A stretch of 64,000 nucleotides of DNA, taken from the NCBI RefSeq assembly GCF_964204645.1, contig NC_134034.1:9436962-9500961 (forward strand), in the 5' to 3' direction. The DNA is from Tubulanus polymorphus (lineage: Eukaryota > Animalia > Nemertea). Position numbers and translations under genes: made by a program. This document shows, one piece after another, positions 12,353-26,896 of this stretch (positions are counted from its first letter, which is position 1; every line of letters begins with the position of its first letter). The notes under the pieces were generated by a model. It was not told the origin of the DNA. It searched no databases and saw only the letters and a list, made by a program, of their open reading frames with translations.

Positions 12353-14502
12353 CCTTACGTCCAAGTCAAAATTGATCCTCAAAGATAAAGACCATCTTTT
12401 TGATTGTATGAGGCCATACTATTTATGTTTGAAAGTCATCACTCTTCAGTCACAGTTTGTATCAATGTGAATATTCTTCAGACCGAGTTCATCGTAGATG
12501 ATTAAAATCAGTTGTGGGTCAACAGAAAGGTTATGCAGTATCATCGGTTCAGTTGTCAGTTCAAAATCAATCATAGCACGAAAAACATTTCGAAAACATT
12601 TTGGTTTTTACCCATGTTGTAGTCCACCTGTGGGACGGGAGTCATGAGTCAGGGCAGTCAAAAAACTGTGGAACTGGTCGGAGGTTCTTAGTATAAACCA
12701 AGTCGACCGCAATATGTCATAGTAATATATTTCAAAATAAGAAATAATCGAATAACTACTGACGACAGTTTAAAGGTAGCAATATTATGTATTTGTAAAC
12801 GATGTTTACATCGTCTGAGTGTGAATGTCAGTGTCTTTATCTAAAATACTCGTCGATCTTTTTTCTAATCTGCTGCAATAATGTGAAATAAGATAGAAAT
12901 AAGAATTTTACGTACGGCGGATTTCGGGGACCAGAAAATCTGTACGTTACAACCGATAGTTCGGTACATACACGGTTGGACCTCGTTAGGACAAACTTCA
13001 GGGCCCCAGAAAATTATAACCGTTACATGGTGCGTACTGGCGCTGAAAATCTGGGGAAAATGATGGAAATAAGTACCGGTAATAATGTTTTCGAGGCTAG
13101 TCATTATTATGTTACATGTATTTCGGTTGGTGGAGTTAAGTCTCAACTTCGAAAATCAACTGTAGGTTTCAGTCAAATTACAGCACTCATTAATAAACAG
13201 TCAGTAGTTAAAGCCGTTTGTTATAACGAGGTCTGCTGCCTATTAATCTATTGTTCAATGAATGATAAAGTTTTTGCCAAGGCTGTGAAAAAGTTCTAGA
13301 GCAATAACCATCGATATTTATACAGTCCATATGCATGCGCGTACCTTTTCCATGTTAGGTACGAAAAGAATATTTAGAATGAAATTTTCTGCGATAAGAA
13401 AATTTCGATTTTAATCTAAAGTTAGAAATACCACCAAAAAAAAAAACACTTCATCCTGTTATCGTAAATCCAGTTCTGCTACGATTGCTACTACCGTACT
13501 TGTACGAGACATTTCGTAATTCTGCTTCTGCTATCATTATTGTCACTAGGGGATATATGTAGGTCTCGCTACCATGTGCTTCGGAAATGAAGTTTTTATT
13601 AAACTTCATCTTCACTTGACTTTGCCATTTTTGTGGTCAAATCCGATAAATGATTCGCGTGACAGACCTTCGAAGTTTGTAAATCTTCTGAAAATCTCCC
13701 CTGATAGTCACAAGCCTCTATAATATTCTCATTGAGTGTTTGATATTCGAACTCGGGTAATCTGAATGGCACAATTGTGTCTGATTGGATGACGAAACAA
13801 ATTTGCTCTCATTGGTCAATTCTGAACAATGGCTGGTGGTTATGTGATATCCGGTAGTTGTAGCAATTGAGACTTATCTATTCATTACAACATGGAATGA
13901 AAAACTGAATTGATTAGAGATTCGATGATTAGAGTGACTGACTGTACGACAGTGAACCCGTGTTACATGCCTTATGTACATAGTTGTATACTAGTATGAA
14001 CTTATTTACGTTGTCAAGGAAACGGTTTTCGTAAAATTCCTCGAAACGTTCCGAACGAATGTTTTACATTGTGAGCTATGTTTTTCGTGTTGTTTACGGA
14101 CATTAAACACGTTCTCTGTCGGCTACAAATATATTCGTAGAGATTCTTTACAGTTAGATATTAGCAATCCGTCACGCAGGAATGACACAGTTCCTGATGA
14201 TTGGCTGGCGATATGAACAAACTCTTACACACTGTATGCTCATTGGTCAATTTCGAATGAAGGTTGCCTGTAACAAATTTGGTGCCAACCTACAAGTATA
14301 TTCGTAGCGGCAATAGGGGGCAGCACCGTATTATCAAGCCGACAGCGAACGTGTTAAAGGCAAAACTGTGGGTTAAGTATTACGCGATATATATGTATAC
14401 CCAGTCCTGGTCAACGGACCCTGCACCAACCCACCCAGCCTGGGCCCGGTTTATACTGAGTCTGGCCCTTCTCTTATTGTATTATAAATCTATACATACA
14501 TA

Positions 14503-14527
14503 TTATATATATATATATATATATATA
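14503..14527. repeat. (TA)n microsatellite
   Basis: Read directly from the sequence. Confidence 0.8.
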
Positions 14528-17326
14528 CAGAGATAAAGATGATTTGTAAATAGAAATTTAGTCATGATTTTGTAAATCAAGATTCCAGATTTCGTCGATG
14601 GATATAATAATTTATTTTTGCCGAAAAACGAAGAACGCGAGATTTGTTTAGATTTAGTTAAAAGAACTATAGCTCCAATTTTAGATTGTTGCTGTAGTGT
14701 ACAGCTGCATTGCGTAAGGGTTAGGTTCGCTTGGCTTGTCGTACACGTCCAGTAAAGAAAAGCTGCTTCCAAAAAAATGCCTACGATTCCACCCTAGTCT
14801 GTGGAATACTGCTTTGGTGGAATCATCCTCCATTTCCACATTAGTTGACACTAGTGGATCCTCTCTTGTCATATGTGGAACCCTCTATTGCCACCTTAGT
14901 GGATATCCTGCTGGACACCTGGTAGATCCTCACTTTCCGCAGGTGGAATCTTCGATTGCCACAGTAGTAGCAGTGGAGGTTTACTATTTGATAATTATAT
15001 TTGTGAGTTATTGAAAGCAGTCATTTCTATTCTGGACGGGATACTCTATACATGTAGTTAGTTTTCCGATGTGGTTTCGTGCGAATTGAACAGAATTGTA
15101 AAAAGATAGAAGAAATGTATTTAATATTTCGCCAGTTGAACTGGTCGTCGGTCTGTAAACTAGAAACCGATCATACAAGATGAAAACGTGTGTCTCGGTG
15201 TTATAAAAAGAATAGCGATGGAAGCGTCCCTGGAACGAGAGACATGAAAAAAAAAATATTTTTCGTATTTATTCAGACATCAACTCCATCTCGAAATATA
15301 GACTGTCAAACCCGTGATATAAAAACTAAATGATATGAAACATCGAAAAAACTCCTCATCAGTATTTCAGAGTTAATGTGCAAAACCAATCATTTATTCC
15401 AATAGTTTCTAAGTTTTCACTTATCTTCAGCATCAGAGATTTTAATTTCTCTTTTTTCTACTGAGAGATTATGAAGTTTAGTCGAAACGGAATGAATCTT
15501 ATGGTTGCTTATAAAACTTATGGTTTTGGGTCATTAATTTGAGGAATTATGTCGAGATAGATATAAATTGGAAGAATATTCCGAGTCCCGGCGGCGCTTG
15601 TATTGAATGGTGGTGTTTTTTGTTGTTGTTTTTTTTATTAGAACGGTGCTGAATCTGGTGCAAATATTTTAACATGACAACTTTTTCACTGAATGGTTAG
15701 AGCTCAGGGTCCAGTTCTCGCAGTCGTTGGGTTCATTTTCGACGTTACGCCGAACTGGATCCAACAGTAGCGCTAGGCTACTACGTTTATATATAATGTC
15801 TTGTAAACAGTTCCTGCTCACACTCACTTGTTATACCCGGTACATTATTCCTCTCGTGGACCAATCAACACTAATATGATGTATGTTTCATTCATTCCCT
15901 CAACGATTCCAATCGTCATTCGGAAAATACAAACATGAATGTTATAGACACGTTTTTATTTTGTATTTCTGTCAAATTCCGAGTGGCGGTAGACTCCGTT
16001 TTGCTCCGGTAATGCTGGGACCATAAATACTTGGAACCAATGAGACTGCTGTAAATATTATATATACTACTGTGCTCAGAATCAGGGAACTCGGTAGCGT
16101 TTGGACTGGTGTAAATATCTCACTGAGTTGAGTTTGAGAATCGGAGAACTCAAAAATCATTCCAAGAAAATGTTCGAGTTAGTGCACAGGTTAGGGTCGA
16201 GCCCGCATGCATGCCCACAGTAAGACAGGGTCTACCGTTTAAACTTAAGTTCATTATTTTCCAATGACGATTTTGTGATAAGATTAAAAGATTTATAAGC
16301 GAAAAAATTAGTAATGGGATTTGAAAAAAAATTAAGATTAATCAATTAAGTATTGTTTTATTCTGGTTGTAAATCTTAGGTTTCAGAATTGGTGGCCATT
16401 TCAAGTTCGCTCGTTCTAATTAATGCATGTACATACAACCCCTCGATTAAACTAATTGATTCTGCAGTTTGCTGGGTTAACTGATTGCTGAAACTGCGAA
16501 TACTTTTAGTCCAATTATTGAGCAGCAAATCGATCGGTCATTGGTGGCAGGGTCGGATCCGGGGATGTTCTGTTGGTCGTCGCCCAGAAAATCTTTAGAA
16601 TTGGTCAAATTGTCACGCATTCTGGGCGTTTTTTGGCACTGCTAATAAATTATGTTGTATCTTGTATCTAATCGTAGCATGTTCTTACAAATGTAAGCGT
16701 TGAAAAACTGATGAAAAACTGATTTTTAGATTGAATACGAAGGGAATTTTACGAACGATGGGGGGGGTGTCCAATGCACACCTTGGATCCGCGCCTGAAT
16801 TCCGTACTCAACGTTGAACAATAAAGAATTTTCTTAATTGAATCGGCTGCTCTCCGACGTCACGTGATGTGATATATTCAATATGGCCGCCATTGTAACT
16901 GTGTCATGCCGTTCAACGAATAATCTAGAAGATATATATACGATGTAGTTTACATGAATATTGATACCCGTGTTTGGGGGGTTGATAGAAAAACGTGACG
17001 CGTTTCCTAGTACATCGTGTATACATATGCAACAAGTCTATTCGTGCTCAATTCGTGTGTGACAAATCTCTAAAATAAAACGAATAAATAAATGAGAATG
17101 ATAAATTTCTTACAGATATTTAAAACGGAAAATTGTTGTTTTCATCCATATGTTGTGGTAGTTTCTCGATTTCATTTGTGTGAACTTCGGATCTGGATCG
17201 GACGACTTGCAGATTATAACGAGTGGATTTCTTTCGATGAGTTTCACAAAATCGGATTTTGGATACAACTGCCACAGTTCCCGCCTTAATCGGCAGCGTT
17301 GGAACTAAACATATTTCACCGAGGTC

Positions 17327-17632
17327 AGAATCAGGGAACTCGGTAGCGTGTTGGGACTGCTGTAAATATTTCATCGAGTTGAGAATCAGGGAACTCGGTA
17401 GAGTTGAGACTGCTGTAAATATTTCACCGAGTTGAGAATCAGGGAACTCGGTTAGTGTGTTGTGACTGCTGTAAATATTTCACTGAGTTGAGAGTCAGGG
17501 AACTCGTAGCGTTCAGACTGCTGCACATATTTCACCGAGTTGAGAATCAGGGAACTCGGTAGCGTGTTGAGACTGCTGTAAATATTTCAGTTGAGTTGAG
17601 AATCAGGGAACTCGGTAGCGTGTTGAGACTGA
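17327..17632. repeat. ~55-bp tandem repeat (~5.5 units)
   Basis: GAGAATCAGGGAACTCGGTAGCGTGTTGAGACTGCTGTAAATATTTCACCGAGTT; related copy at ~16040-16150. Confidence 0.85.
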
Positions 17633-19276
17633 CTGTATTGCTGTACTTCGCTGAGATGGGAATCATAGCAAATTGATAAGGTCGGAACTGTGCCGAGTCT
17701 TCTGTTGAGTTTTGGGCCCGTTCTGGTTGGATGGAAGATGAAACCGAAACTGGCTTTGACTTAATAAAAACTAAATTTCACCGACAAGTCTATCGGTACT
17801 ATAGATTTCCGGTTCAAGTGCCTGTTCTATTCCAGCTATTATGCGGGTCTGACTATTTCGCAGGGCTCAGGATGACCTGAATATCAAACTTAGAAAATTC
17901 CTCCCAAACCGATTTGAACCAATGAAGGATTACAATTGGGATTCGACCTCAAAAACAACGGAGAGTGCGGGCATCATAACGCTCTACAAACTGAGCCACG
18001 AAGCCGAACTGCTGGAATCGCTTCTGTTAATCTACTTATAGCCTTACCTTAACCTACCCTATTATAATGCCTAAACTAACCCTAACCCGTTCATATTCTG
18101 CGTGTCTCTAAACACGAGCACGCCATATTTCATCATTCATCACCAAACAATCCTCGGCCTTCAAGGCGCCTGGTGCCTGGAGTTAACAACAAACCAATCG
18201 GTTCAATATGTTCCGCCATTGTTGCCATATCGATTTCCGGAAAGCGAAGATGAACTAGGGCCCGGGGAGAGCAGATCAGCAGGTTTCGTTGACGCGCCAG
18301 TTAAAAGATTAATTGCCATCAAAAGGTGATGATTTCAGCCGTGGCAAAATTAATGTCTGTTTTTGCGATAAATAGAACTGCCTGACGTGGCCCAACTTAT
18401 GGAAATTATGTCATAAAAAAGTCGGCCATCTTTCTAAATACGACCGGCCACATTTTTTTTCAAAATCTATTTTCTTGGTCAGACGTTTCTGTGGTGCAAA
18501 TCTGAATTCGGACATCGGTAAACTGTCAGAACAGAAATTAGAATTTACAAATTGCTTGTGAACTAGAAAGGATAATTCAAAATCAAAACATTTTATACAG
18601 GTTTGTATTTTGAGCGATACACACGTATCTAGCAACGATGCATATATTTTCCATCACACAACGTCACCGGTATAAAAAGCTTTAAGATGATTTTTGGAAA
18701 AATTGTCATTTTCTATTCTTATGAGACAATCTTTATACAAAGGACAAAATAATTTCGTTGTTTTAAGAACATATTAGAAGCGTGATTGGGTTCGTTTAAC
18801 GAAATATTCTAACGCAACAAAACCCCGTGAATGATACAGCAGAAATAAGAGTGTTATGAGAGCAGAGAAGAAGTGATACGTAATTTAGAGAGAGGAGAAC
18901 ATATTCAGTATTCGGGACAATCTCACAATCAACGATAAACTCTTTAAGAAAATATTGTGTTAGAGACCACAGGCATTTATTCAAGATATCAGTTATATCA
19001 GCATGCATATCTTACTTGAATATTGCGCAAGAAAACTCTACCCTATTTTCGATACAAAAAGTGCAGAAAGTTGAAAAAATAATAATGTCTCTTGATCGAT
19101 GTCTTTTCGCGATACAATTTTCTTTTGTCGAATTTGACAAGAAAAAGCGATGTCGGTCCACGTGGCACCAGATATTACATCTGTACGATATGACCGATCG
19201 ATTTTTTCATTGGTAATTGAAACTAATTGATAGATTACCCGTCAAACGAACATCTAATTAATCAAATGTCGACATC

Positions 19277-19284
19277 TATAAAAG
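19277..19284 (+). promoter_or_regulatory. TATA box upstream of the galaxin-like gene
   Basis: TATAAAAG 68 bp upstream of the signal-peptide ATG. Confidence 0.5.
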
Positions 19285-19344
19285 TTGAATCGTAACGGGC
19301 GCGTTTTTCATTGCGGTTTTTGCGTCTTGAAGGTCCAAGGAGAG

Positions 19345-22300
19345 ATGATTCGTTTTGTAAATTTGGTGTCGTTGTTGATTGTCGGCTGCTGGCTGACGAT
19401 GCAGACGACACATGCCGGCGACAAGGGGTACGTAGAATCGTAGGTCTTTATTCCGTACAAAAAAGAAGAGAGAAAAAAGGAAAATACAAACAAAATCCAT
19501 ATTCAAATGGAGAAAACGTATTTACAATCTGAATAATTCAAGGACATAGATTCGAAAGCGTTTACCAAGTTTCGTCCATTAGCGGAAATTAAGCATTTCC
19601 GTAGCTTTGTTGTTGAAATTCGGGAAATTTCCCAAATTACGCGTAACTGTACCAATTTACTGTCTTGTATTCAGACTCTTATCAGAAGCAGTTTTTCGAA
19701 GATTTCATTCGTATGATATTTTTTTATGATATTGTTTTGATTAGACACAGTTTAGGTTTCCTCCAGCCTTGTTGAACTTTGTTGATTAGGTGAAAGGTGT
19801 CGGAAAAGGTTTTACAATCATATTTTTCTGGACCTAGTTTCAAAGTTGGAAATGAAAATAATTTAGAAAAAATACTCCATATCTGGCCTACGCAAAGCTT
19901 GTTTATTTTGAATTCTTTAACGACAAAAATTAATTAAGATTTGTCGGAGGCAAAATATATAGATTCAAAATGATGGACTTCGCTGTCTGGGTTTTTATCG
20001 AAAAGTTGTATGTATCTTGCCTCGCAAATAGCTGCAAAAGATCGTTTTGAGTAAATCTCAGCGATAAGGCAAGCCTGTTCAAAATACTATGTCGATTTTG
20101 TTTATTCTCACTAGCCCATAATCAATTAGATAAAGATGATTTAAATGATAAAAAAATCCCATTCCAAGAAAGAAAAATATCCAGTTTCCTTGATGTTTAT
20201 TGCAACGTTTCAACTAGAGTAGAATCCGCTAAATGCGGTATGATATCATTACAACGCGTGGACAGAATGTTTCATCAATAGTTGTTATTATAATTATTTT
20301 ATAATGTTTAGGTTGTATAAGATCCCCAAAATTACGATCGGCAAAGATTACTACTGGAAAAATCAGGGACCCGTGTGGTACATGCCGGCGTTACGGTGCG
20401 GGAGCCATTATCACACGAGAAAACCTTGGAAATATATCTGTTGCGAGGATCGTCTGCATCTGCGACAGAAGTACGACAGTTGTTGTGGTAAGAAGCCGTA
20501 TCGCACTTGTACGCATATCTGCTGCGGCGGTCGCGTTCACCTGAGGTCGAGCCCATTCCTGAAGTGTTGCCACAAAAACGAACGTCGTCAGAGGTTGTAC
20601 GACAGTAAAACTCACTTGTGCTGTAAGGGTAACGTCTTTAGGAAGAAGAGCACTTTCGATCGTTGCTGTGGTCGACATAAATTGTAAGTCAACCAATAGA
20701 AGCCCAAACGATTACATAATTAGAAATTGCCGTATTCATCAACGTCAGTTATTTTATTGTCTTTTAGATAGCTAAAAGGCTGTCTATTATTCTCATAGTT
20801 TTTTTTCCCAAATTGTGGGGTACAAGAATCAACTACGAAAAGTCGTTTCATCTGAAAAATGAGACTTTTGGAGATTCTCTCATTGTCTCTCAAAAAATGC
20901 GATATGACCTGACTCATTTTTCGTGTAGAATTTTCACGAAACCAATGAATTTCGCGAATTACAAATTAGGCTGACTTACGTTCATTTATGCGAAAATAGA
21001 AGCCAAAGTAGGCCCCCAGTTGCAAGAGCATTCTAGTAAAAATTATTCTAATTAAATCTTCTAATTAAGTACTATCTACCCTTACTAGAATGTCATAACT
21101 TTCCAATCTATTCTTTATTGCGCGTTTCAGCTATAATCACTTGAAACAGATTTGTTGCGGAAAACGCGTGAAAGAAAGAATCTACGGTTCGAAAACGCGC
21201 TGTTGCAAAAAGCTACTTTTCAAACGAACCGACTCTAGACGATGTTGTCGCGGTAAACTTTACAATCCTAACGAAAAAGGCTGTTGTCGCAACCGTGACA
21301 AGAAAACCGCACGACTTTATCCAAAAACCGTCAGATATCTTTGCTGTAAGGGAGTCGTGCACCATTACATGGGTACCTTGACTGGAAGCCAAGTTCCGGT
21401 ATGTATCATTTCGTTGAGTCAATGTCTTCAAGTAATAAATAATCAAGGCCTAATCTATTACAGCAACATGACTGAAGTGCTAAACTTTTTCCCTTTTAAT
21501 AAGTGTATCTTATACCGAAAGTGGGTACCTGTGACATGCCTGTGACATGGTTGCTTTAACTGAAAACCTAGATCCGCCCCTGAAATGAGGACCCACGATA
21601 GAAGGCTTTCTTATCAAAAGGACAACTTTCATCTTAATTCTTAGTCACAAAAAACATCTAGCTATCCTCTTTTTCTAAATTTCACTGCGTGATTAGAGCT
21701 GGTCATGTTGCGGTCGACGTTGGTACAATCACAACACGCACGTCTGTTGCGGAGGCCGACTGATTTACATAAAGAAAACCGGTCACGTGTGCTGCGGTTC
21801 GACCTATCAGCGCACGCAGGGTCCTCCGGGTAGTTTCATCTGTTGTCAGGATATACTGCACGGAAAACGCTACGGTAAAAATACGAGATGTTGTCAACAA
21901 ATGCCGTACAACAGGAAAACTCACATCTGCTGCGGATGTCATATCTATAGACGAAAAAGCAAACATTACGGTAAAATAGCTACGGTTTAAATCAACTTTA
22001 TTGTCAATTTATGACAAATAATCGCGATACATTAATACGCACATACTACACAGATGACGGAAAACACGCCACAACATTCCACCGACCCATGTATGGAGCG
22101 TACGTACACACGTCACAATTACCTAAATATATAAACTCGAGTTTTTGTCCAAAATTACTTACTACCGATTCCCATTTGTACCATTGGCAATGGAATCCAT
22201 TTGTTATAAAAAAAGTCGATGATTTATTTCTAGCTTGTTGCGGTAACTATTACGGGCTACTGCCGTACAACACCAAGACCCATTACTGCTGTTGTAACCA

Positions 22301-22837
22301 GGTGAAACGTAAACCACGTGTTAGACCTCCGTGGTGGAAGTGTTGCGTGTCTGAGGTATATAACGGCAACACTCATATTTGTTGTAACGGTCGCGTTCAA
22401 CCGAGATTCCCTCATGGACATTCTAGAGCGTAAGTATAAACTCATTGTCTTTTTTTCATATTGCTGATAATATTTGACCGTCTGATTTTTTGTCTTGGGT
22501 CGCCACTGCCGGAAACCTGCCAAATACAAAAGTGAAAACGAAAACGGGCATCCCACTTCAAGAAACGTCGGGAATGCAACACTTAAAAATTGCAAAACAT
22601 AAAGCAAATAAAACAAACTTGCAAAACATAAAGAGTATTTAGTTTTTATATCATCTCTTTTTTAACATACGAAGTTGTTGCGGTAAGTTCACGTACAGCA
22701 CGAAGACACACGTCTGCTGCGGAATGGCAGTTTACCCGAAGAGTTCCAGCCACAAATGCTGCGGAGGTTTGTTCCGTTATAACGTCTTCAACGAGAAATG
22801 CGTCAGCGGTGCTATCGAGCAAAAAGGCGGTCGTTAG
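19345..22837 (+). CDS. Secreted galaxin-like cysteine-rich repeat protein (~451 aa)
   Basis: Exons 19345-19427, 20312-20683, 21131-21398, 21697-21970, 22234-22429, 22675-22837 sum to 1356 nt in one frame. Signal-peptide-like N-terminus MIRFVNLVSLLIVGCWLTMQTTHAG. Tandem CCG..(Y)N..TH(I/V)CC.G repeats typical of galaxin/usherin-type repeats. Ends ..EQKGGR*. Confidence 0.85.
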
Positions 22838-24225
22838 AGAAACGCAGAGCTTTTATACGATTTGAGGCCGCGTTTTTATTGACTGTGTCTGCCAAATTCA
22901 GGGGCTGGTTGTTTGTCTTGTCTTTAAGTCCAAAAGAGATCTTTAGACCAGACTTGAATTGTATGATTAAAAATTAGGTCAGGCTGGTCTTAATTAAGTA
23001 GTATTACTATCTATTTTCTGTGATTCCTCCCCTTCTCGGAGCGTCTTTACTTCATCGATACGTACACATTAGTTGTTGAACATTGTTTTTTAGCGTAGAC
23101 AGCCTCGAATCGTAATAGTGTTAAATCTTAAATATTTCATCGAAGGAAAACTTCTTTAAACTTCCATGCATTTTATCAAATGCAGTTTACAAGTTCGGGA
23201 AATAGAGAATGGAATATTTCTATATTCCGTTGGTGAAAATAGCTGACACATTTCTAAACTGATGTTTGTAATTTTTCAAAGTTAAATTCCTCAGTTAGAT
23301 AAATTGGAGTTGTATTCTTCGATTCTAATGAATGACTAAGGCGACATTTATAAGAATTTCTAATTTTCTCAAATTTGTGAAAAAACACCTAAATATCATG
23401 GTTGTCTTCTTGTCAATATTTCTGTATTATCTCAAATATTCTTCGTGTAATAAATATCGAATACGATGCATTTTGATTTCATTTTCTTTTTGTTCTTTTG
23501 AGACGGCTTAGACTGTAAGATCGCCGGTGTCCCAAACAAACTACGGCGGAGGAACATGAAGTGCACAGATTATCAGTCTTTTAAAGTTCTTGGATTGGAA
23601 ACATTCGAATGAAATTGTTTACGCCAGTTTCGATTGACTGAAGGGAATTTCGGTCTGCGCAGAATGACACCGGATACACACTGGCTGCTGCATAACTCCC
23701 CGGTCGGGTTTACATATTCTGACTTTCGTGGCCCGCGTATTCTGGGTGCCGGCTGGGGTCGAAACGAAGACGCAAGAAGAGAATTCCAGAATCCCTTCCC
23801 GCAGAGACCAATCTCTCGACTGATAACTAGTCCAGATCAGAATTTGCGGGCACTGTGGACTTTACATAAATCTCTAACAGGGCCGCCTTCGGCACGACAG
23901 CCCACCGTCCCTTAACTGTGGACCCTCTGGGTCGGCGAACCCCACCCCCATGGGATATCAGTGCATGACAGAATGTAATTAGTATCTCTCATAATGTTCG
24001 ACAAGAGTCGCCAACAGTCGCCAGTGAGTGCAATACTGCAAAACGTCCGTGCACGGAGCCACTGCCGACATCCGCATTTTTAGCGCGCTTGACCGTATCA
24101 TAGGTCCGATTCCAAAATCCGCAATTTACCTTCAATTCATGTAAATAAATAATTCAATTTATTTTATTGCCTCTGTTTTCTTTCCGTCGTTTTTTATTCA
24201 AATATGAAATCGAAGAGAGCCGAAA

Positions 24226-26896
24226 ATGGCGTCGAGTCAACGTAACCCGAGAGAACTGAGACAAATGGTTGAAAACAGTCACAACGTGAGTGAAAAACGA
24301 AATTCAATGACCACAATTTCAACAAATATTATCTTTGTCATTCAAATAAACTAAGATTTAGCAAGATTTAAGCTTATCGTGAATTTAAAGATCAAGATAA
24401 ATGTTTAAAGATGGGTAAGATGCTTCGAAAGTTCCGTGGAATTCAATTTTGAAGTTTTTCAAAACTTCAAAAATGCGTTAAATTTTTAATTTTGTTAACT
24501 AAAAAGTGCTGATTTTGGCAAATAAGAACGATGGCCACCGCGGTCGACCATCTTGATTCTGATGAATTCTCTTTTTTCCTCAATTTCGAATATTTCTAGG
24601 ACGTTAACGAAATGCAGGCAAATTTAGAAAAACTGCGAAACCTTGCGTCGGATGATAAAACGGAGAACGCGATGCTGCGAGGTCGTATCGACGAACAATC
24701 CGAACTGATCATGATATTAAAGAATCGATCGGACGAGAACATCGTGCGTTCGCAAGCCCTCGAAAAACTGAACGCCGACCAAGAGCGGCAGCTGCGCGAA
24801 GCGACCGACGCGCTCGCATTGGAAACGATGAAATTCCGGATGTTAGAAGATCGTTTCGGCGTGCTCGCCGAGAATCACGAAGAGATGATACGAATCAAGG
24901 ACGAGTATAAACGTCTGAACGAAGAGCTGCGTCGACGGAACGAGAAATTGAAAAGCGACAATGAGGGTTTGTTCAGTGAGGCGATCGTCGAGAGGGACGA
25001 GAAGATAGGCGCGTTGCAGACGGAGCTTAGCCGTTTGAAAACTCGATATGCTGATCTCGACTCGCAATATAAGTGAGTAGTTTGATTTATGTGAGCCTCA
25101 ATGATGGTAATCGTAGTTTATATTGAATTGAAAATGTCTCCGGTGAAGCACTGAACACATGTTAAGTGGGGAAAATCAGTTTTATGAAGTGCGCTGATAA
25201 AATATCTAATGTCTCTGGTATTTGTACTTCATTGATAATGTCTCAGGTGAAGCACTGAACAAAATTGGGAGAATGGTGACAATTTGCCCTCACTTATTGC
25301 CATTGCTTTAAATTGAAATATTACTTTTCTCGGCAGGAAAATAGAAGCGGAATACAGCACTACGAAAGCAGTTTTCGATGGGAAATGGAAACAGCAGGAA
25401 AAAAATCACGAAAAATCAGTTTCTGATTTACGAAAGCAACTAAAAACTGCAGAGCAAGAACTGAAAGGTAGTTACTGAGAACAGATCTAGGATTCTGGTG
25501 ACTCTGGAGTGTGGACCCACTTGTGGCAGAAGGTCCTACTGCACACTAGTGACACCTAGTGGATCCTCACTTGCCACAAGTTGAATCCTGTGTACGCTGA
25601 CAACTAAAGTTCACCGTGGATAGGCCATTCTCTAAAAGCATTTTCACTTTTGTTTGAATTGTAATTTCTAGTAACTCGTAACCGACTCGAGGCGGAACGA
25701 ACGAACAAGCAATCGATGGACGACGACTCGGCGAAAAAATTGCAACAAATTACGCGCGAAAAAGATGAATTATTAGACTTATGTATGAATCGCGGCAAAA
25801 TAATTCAGGTCGGCAGATTTTTCGGGGTGGACTGGTTCATAGAACTGCTCTGTTCATAGAACCGGGATTTTTAGAACAAAAATCTCACATTTTTTCCAGG
25901 ATAAACAAACGGAGAATAAGAAACTGTTGAGCAAAATCGAAGAGATGGAAAAATTAGTGAAAGAGATGGAGCTGAAATTCGAGTAAGTTCAACGAAGTTT
26001 GGGACTAATTTCAATGGGGAAAAGTGTACTTGAAAAACAGCTCTCATCCATTAATAAATGGAATATAGAAAAAATAGATTCCATTTCGAATGAATTTTTC
26101 TCATGGAATTTGTCTCTTTTTTAATTTTGCTCAAAACTTTTTTCCTGTTGATTCTGAAAAAAGAAATTGTTGTTTCAGGCGTGAAGCGGCTGCTGTGAAT
26201 TCGAATGTGGCGGTAAGAAAGATGAGACAAGATGTTGAAGAGGCGGAGAAAAAGTACAACAGCATCGTGCAAGTGAGTTTTTGGTGGAAATTTTTAGTGG
26301 AAAAATCCCCGGGAAAAAAGTGGACGAAAAAGTTTCTGGAGAGAAGTTTAGATAATCTTGTATTTGGTCTTTAGAAATGCATCTCAGGCTGCTTTATTTT
26401 CCAAAGACTAATCAAGAATGCAGAAAAAGTTCGGACAATTCCTCTGATTGTCGGAGGAGGTCTCTGAAAATGGTTTACCATCCCCCGATTGTCAGAGGCA
26501 GTCCCTGCAAAATGGTTTTGCGTCCCCTGATTGTCAGAGGCAGTCCCTGAAAATGAATTACTGTCCCCTGATTGTCAGGGACAGTCTCTGAAAATGGTTT
26601 ACTGTCCCCTGATAGTCAGGAACAGTCTCTGAAAATGGTTTACTGTCTCCTGATTGTCAGGAACAGTCTCTGAAAATGGTTTACTGTCCCCTGATTGTCA
26701 GGAACAGTCTCTGAAAATGGTTTACTGTCCCCTGATTGTCAGGAACAGTCTCTGAAAATGGTTTACTGGACGTAATTTATCAGATGTCTCATTTCCTTCT
26801 GATTAACAGGAGTACAACGCTTACAAGAAACACACGAATTCACTGATACAAAAAGAGCGAGATCTGAACGCTAAACTGCGCCACCTGATGGGATAA
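24226..26896 (+). CDS. CCDC89: Coiled-coil domain-containing protein 89 (~354 aa)
   Basis: Exons 24226-24285, 24600-25072, 25337-25467, 25672-25808, 25900-25982, 26179-26272, 26810-26896 (1065 nt, in frame). Motifs ENAMLRGRIDEQSELIMILK, NHEEMIRIKDEYK, EKDELLDLCMNRGKIIQDKQ and the C-terminus YKKHTNSLIQKERDLNAKLRHL match my recollection of CCDC89. Confidence 0.85.
26441..26768. repeat. 41-bp minisatellite (~8 units) in the last CCDC89 intron
   Basis: CCCCTGATTGTCAGGAACAGTCTCTGAAAATGGTTTACTGT. Confidence 0.9.

Noticed and set aside
15461-15490. CTGAGA-GATTA..TAGTC-GAAAC resembling a minimal hammerhead ribozyme
   Set aside because: The core lacks one nucleotide of CUGANGA, and there is no convincing stem I/III or cleavage triplet.
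11962-17100. Possible extra gene between RhoGAP and the galaxin-like gene
   Set aside because: No consistent exon chain found; it may be a long RhoGAP 3' UTR (AATAAA near 17074-17090), which cannot be shown from sequence alone.
23634-23915. GC-richer 93-aa ORF upstream of CCDC89
   Set aside because: Non-ATG start, no splice-consistent link to neighbours and no recognisable homology; likely a repeat fragment or promoter sequence.
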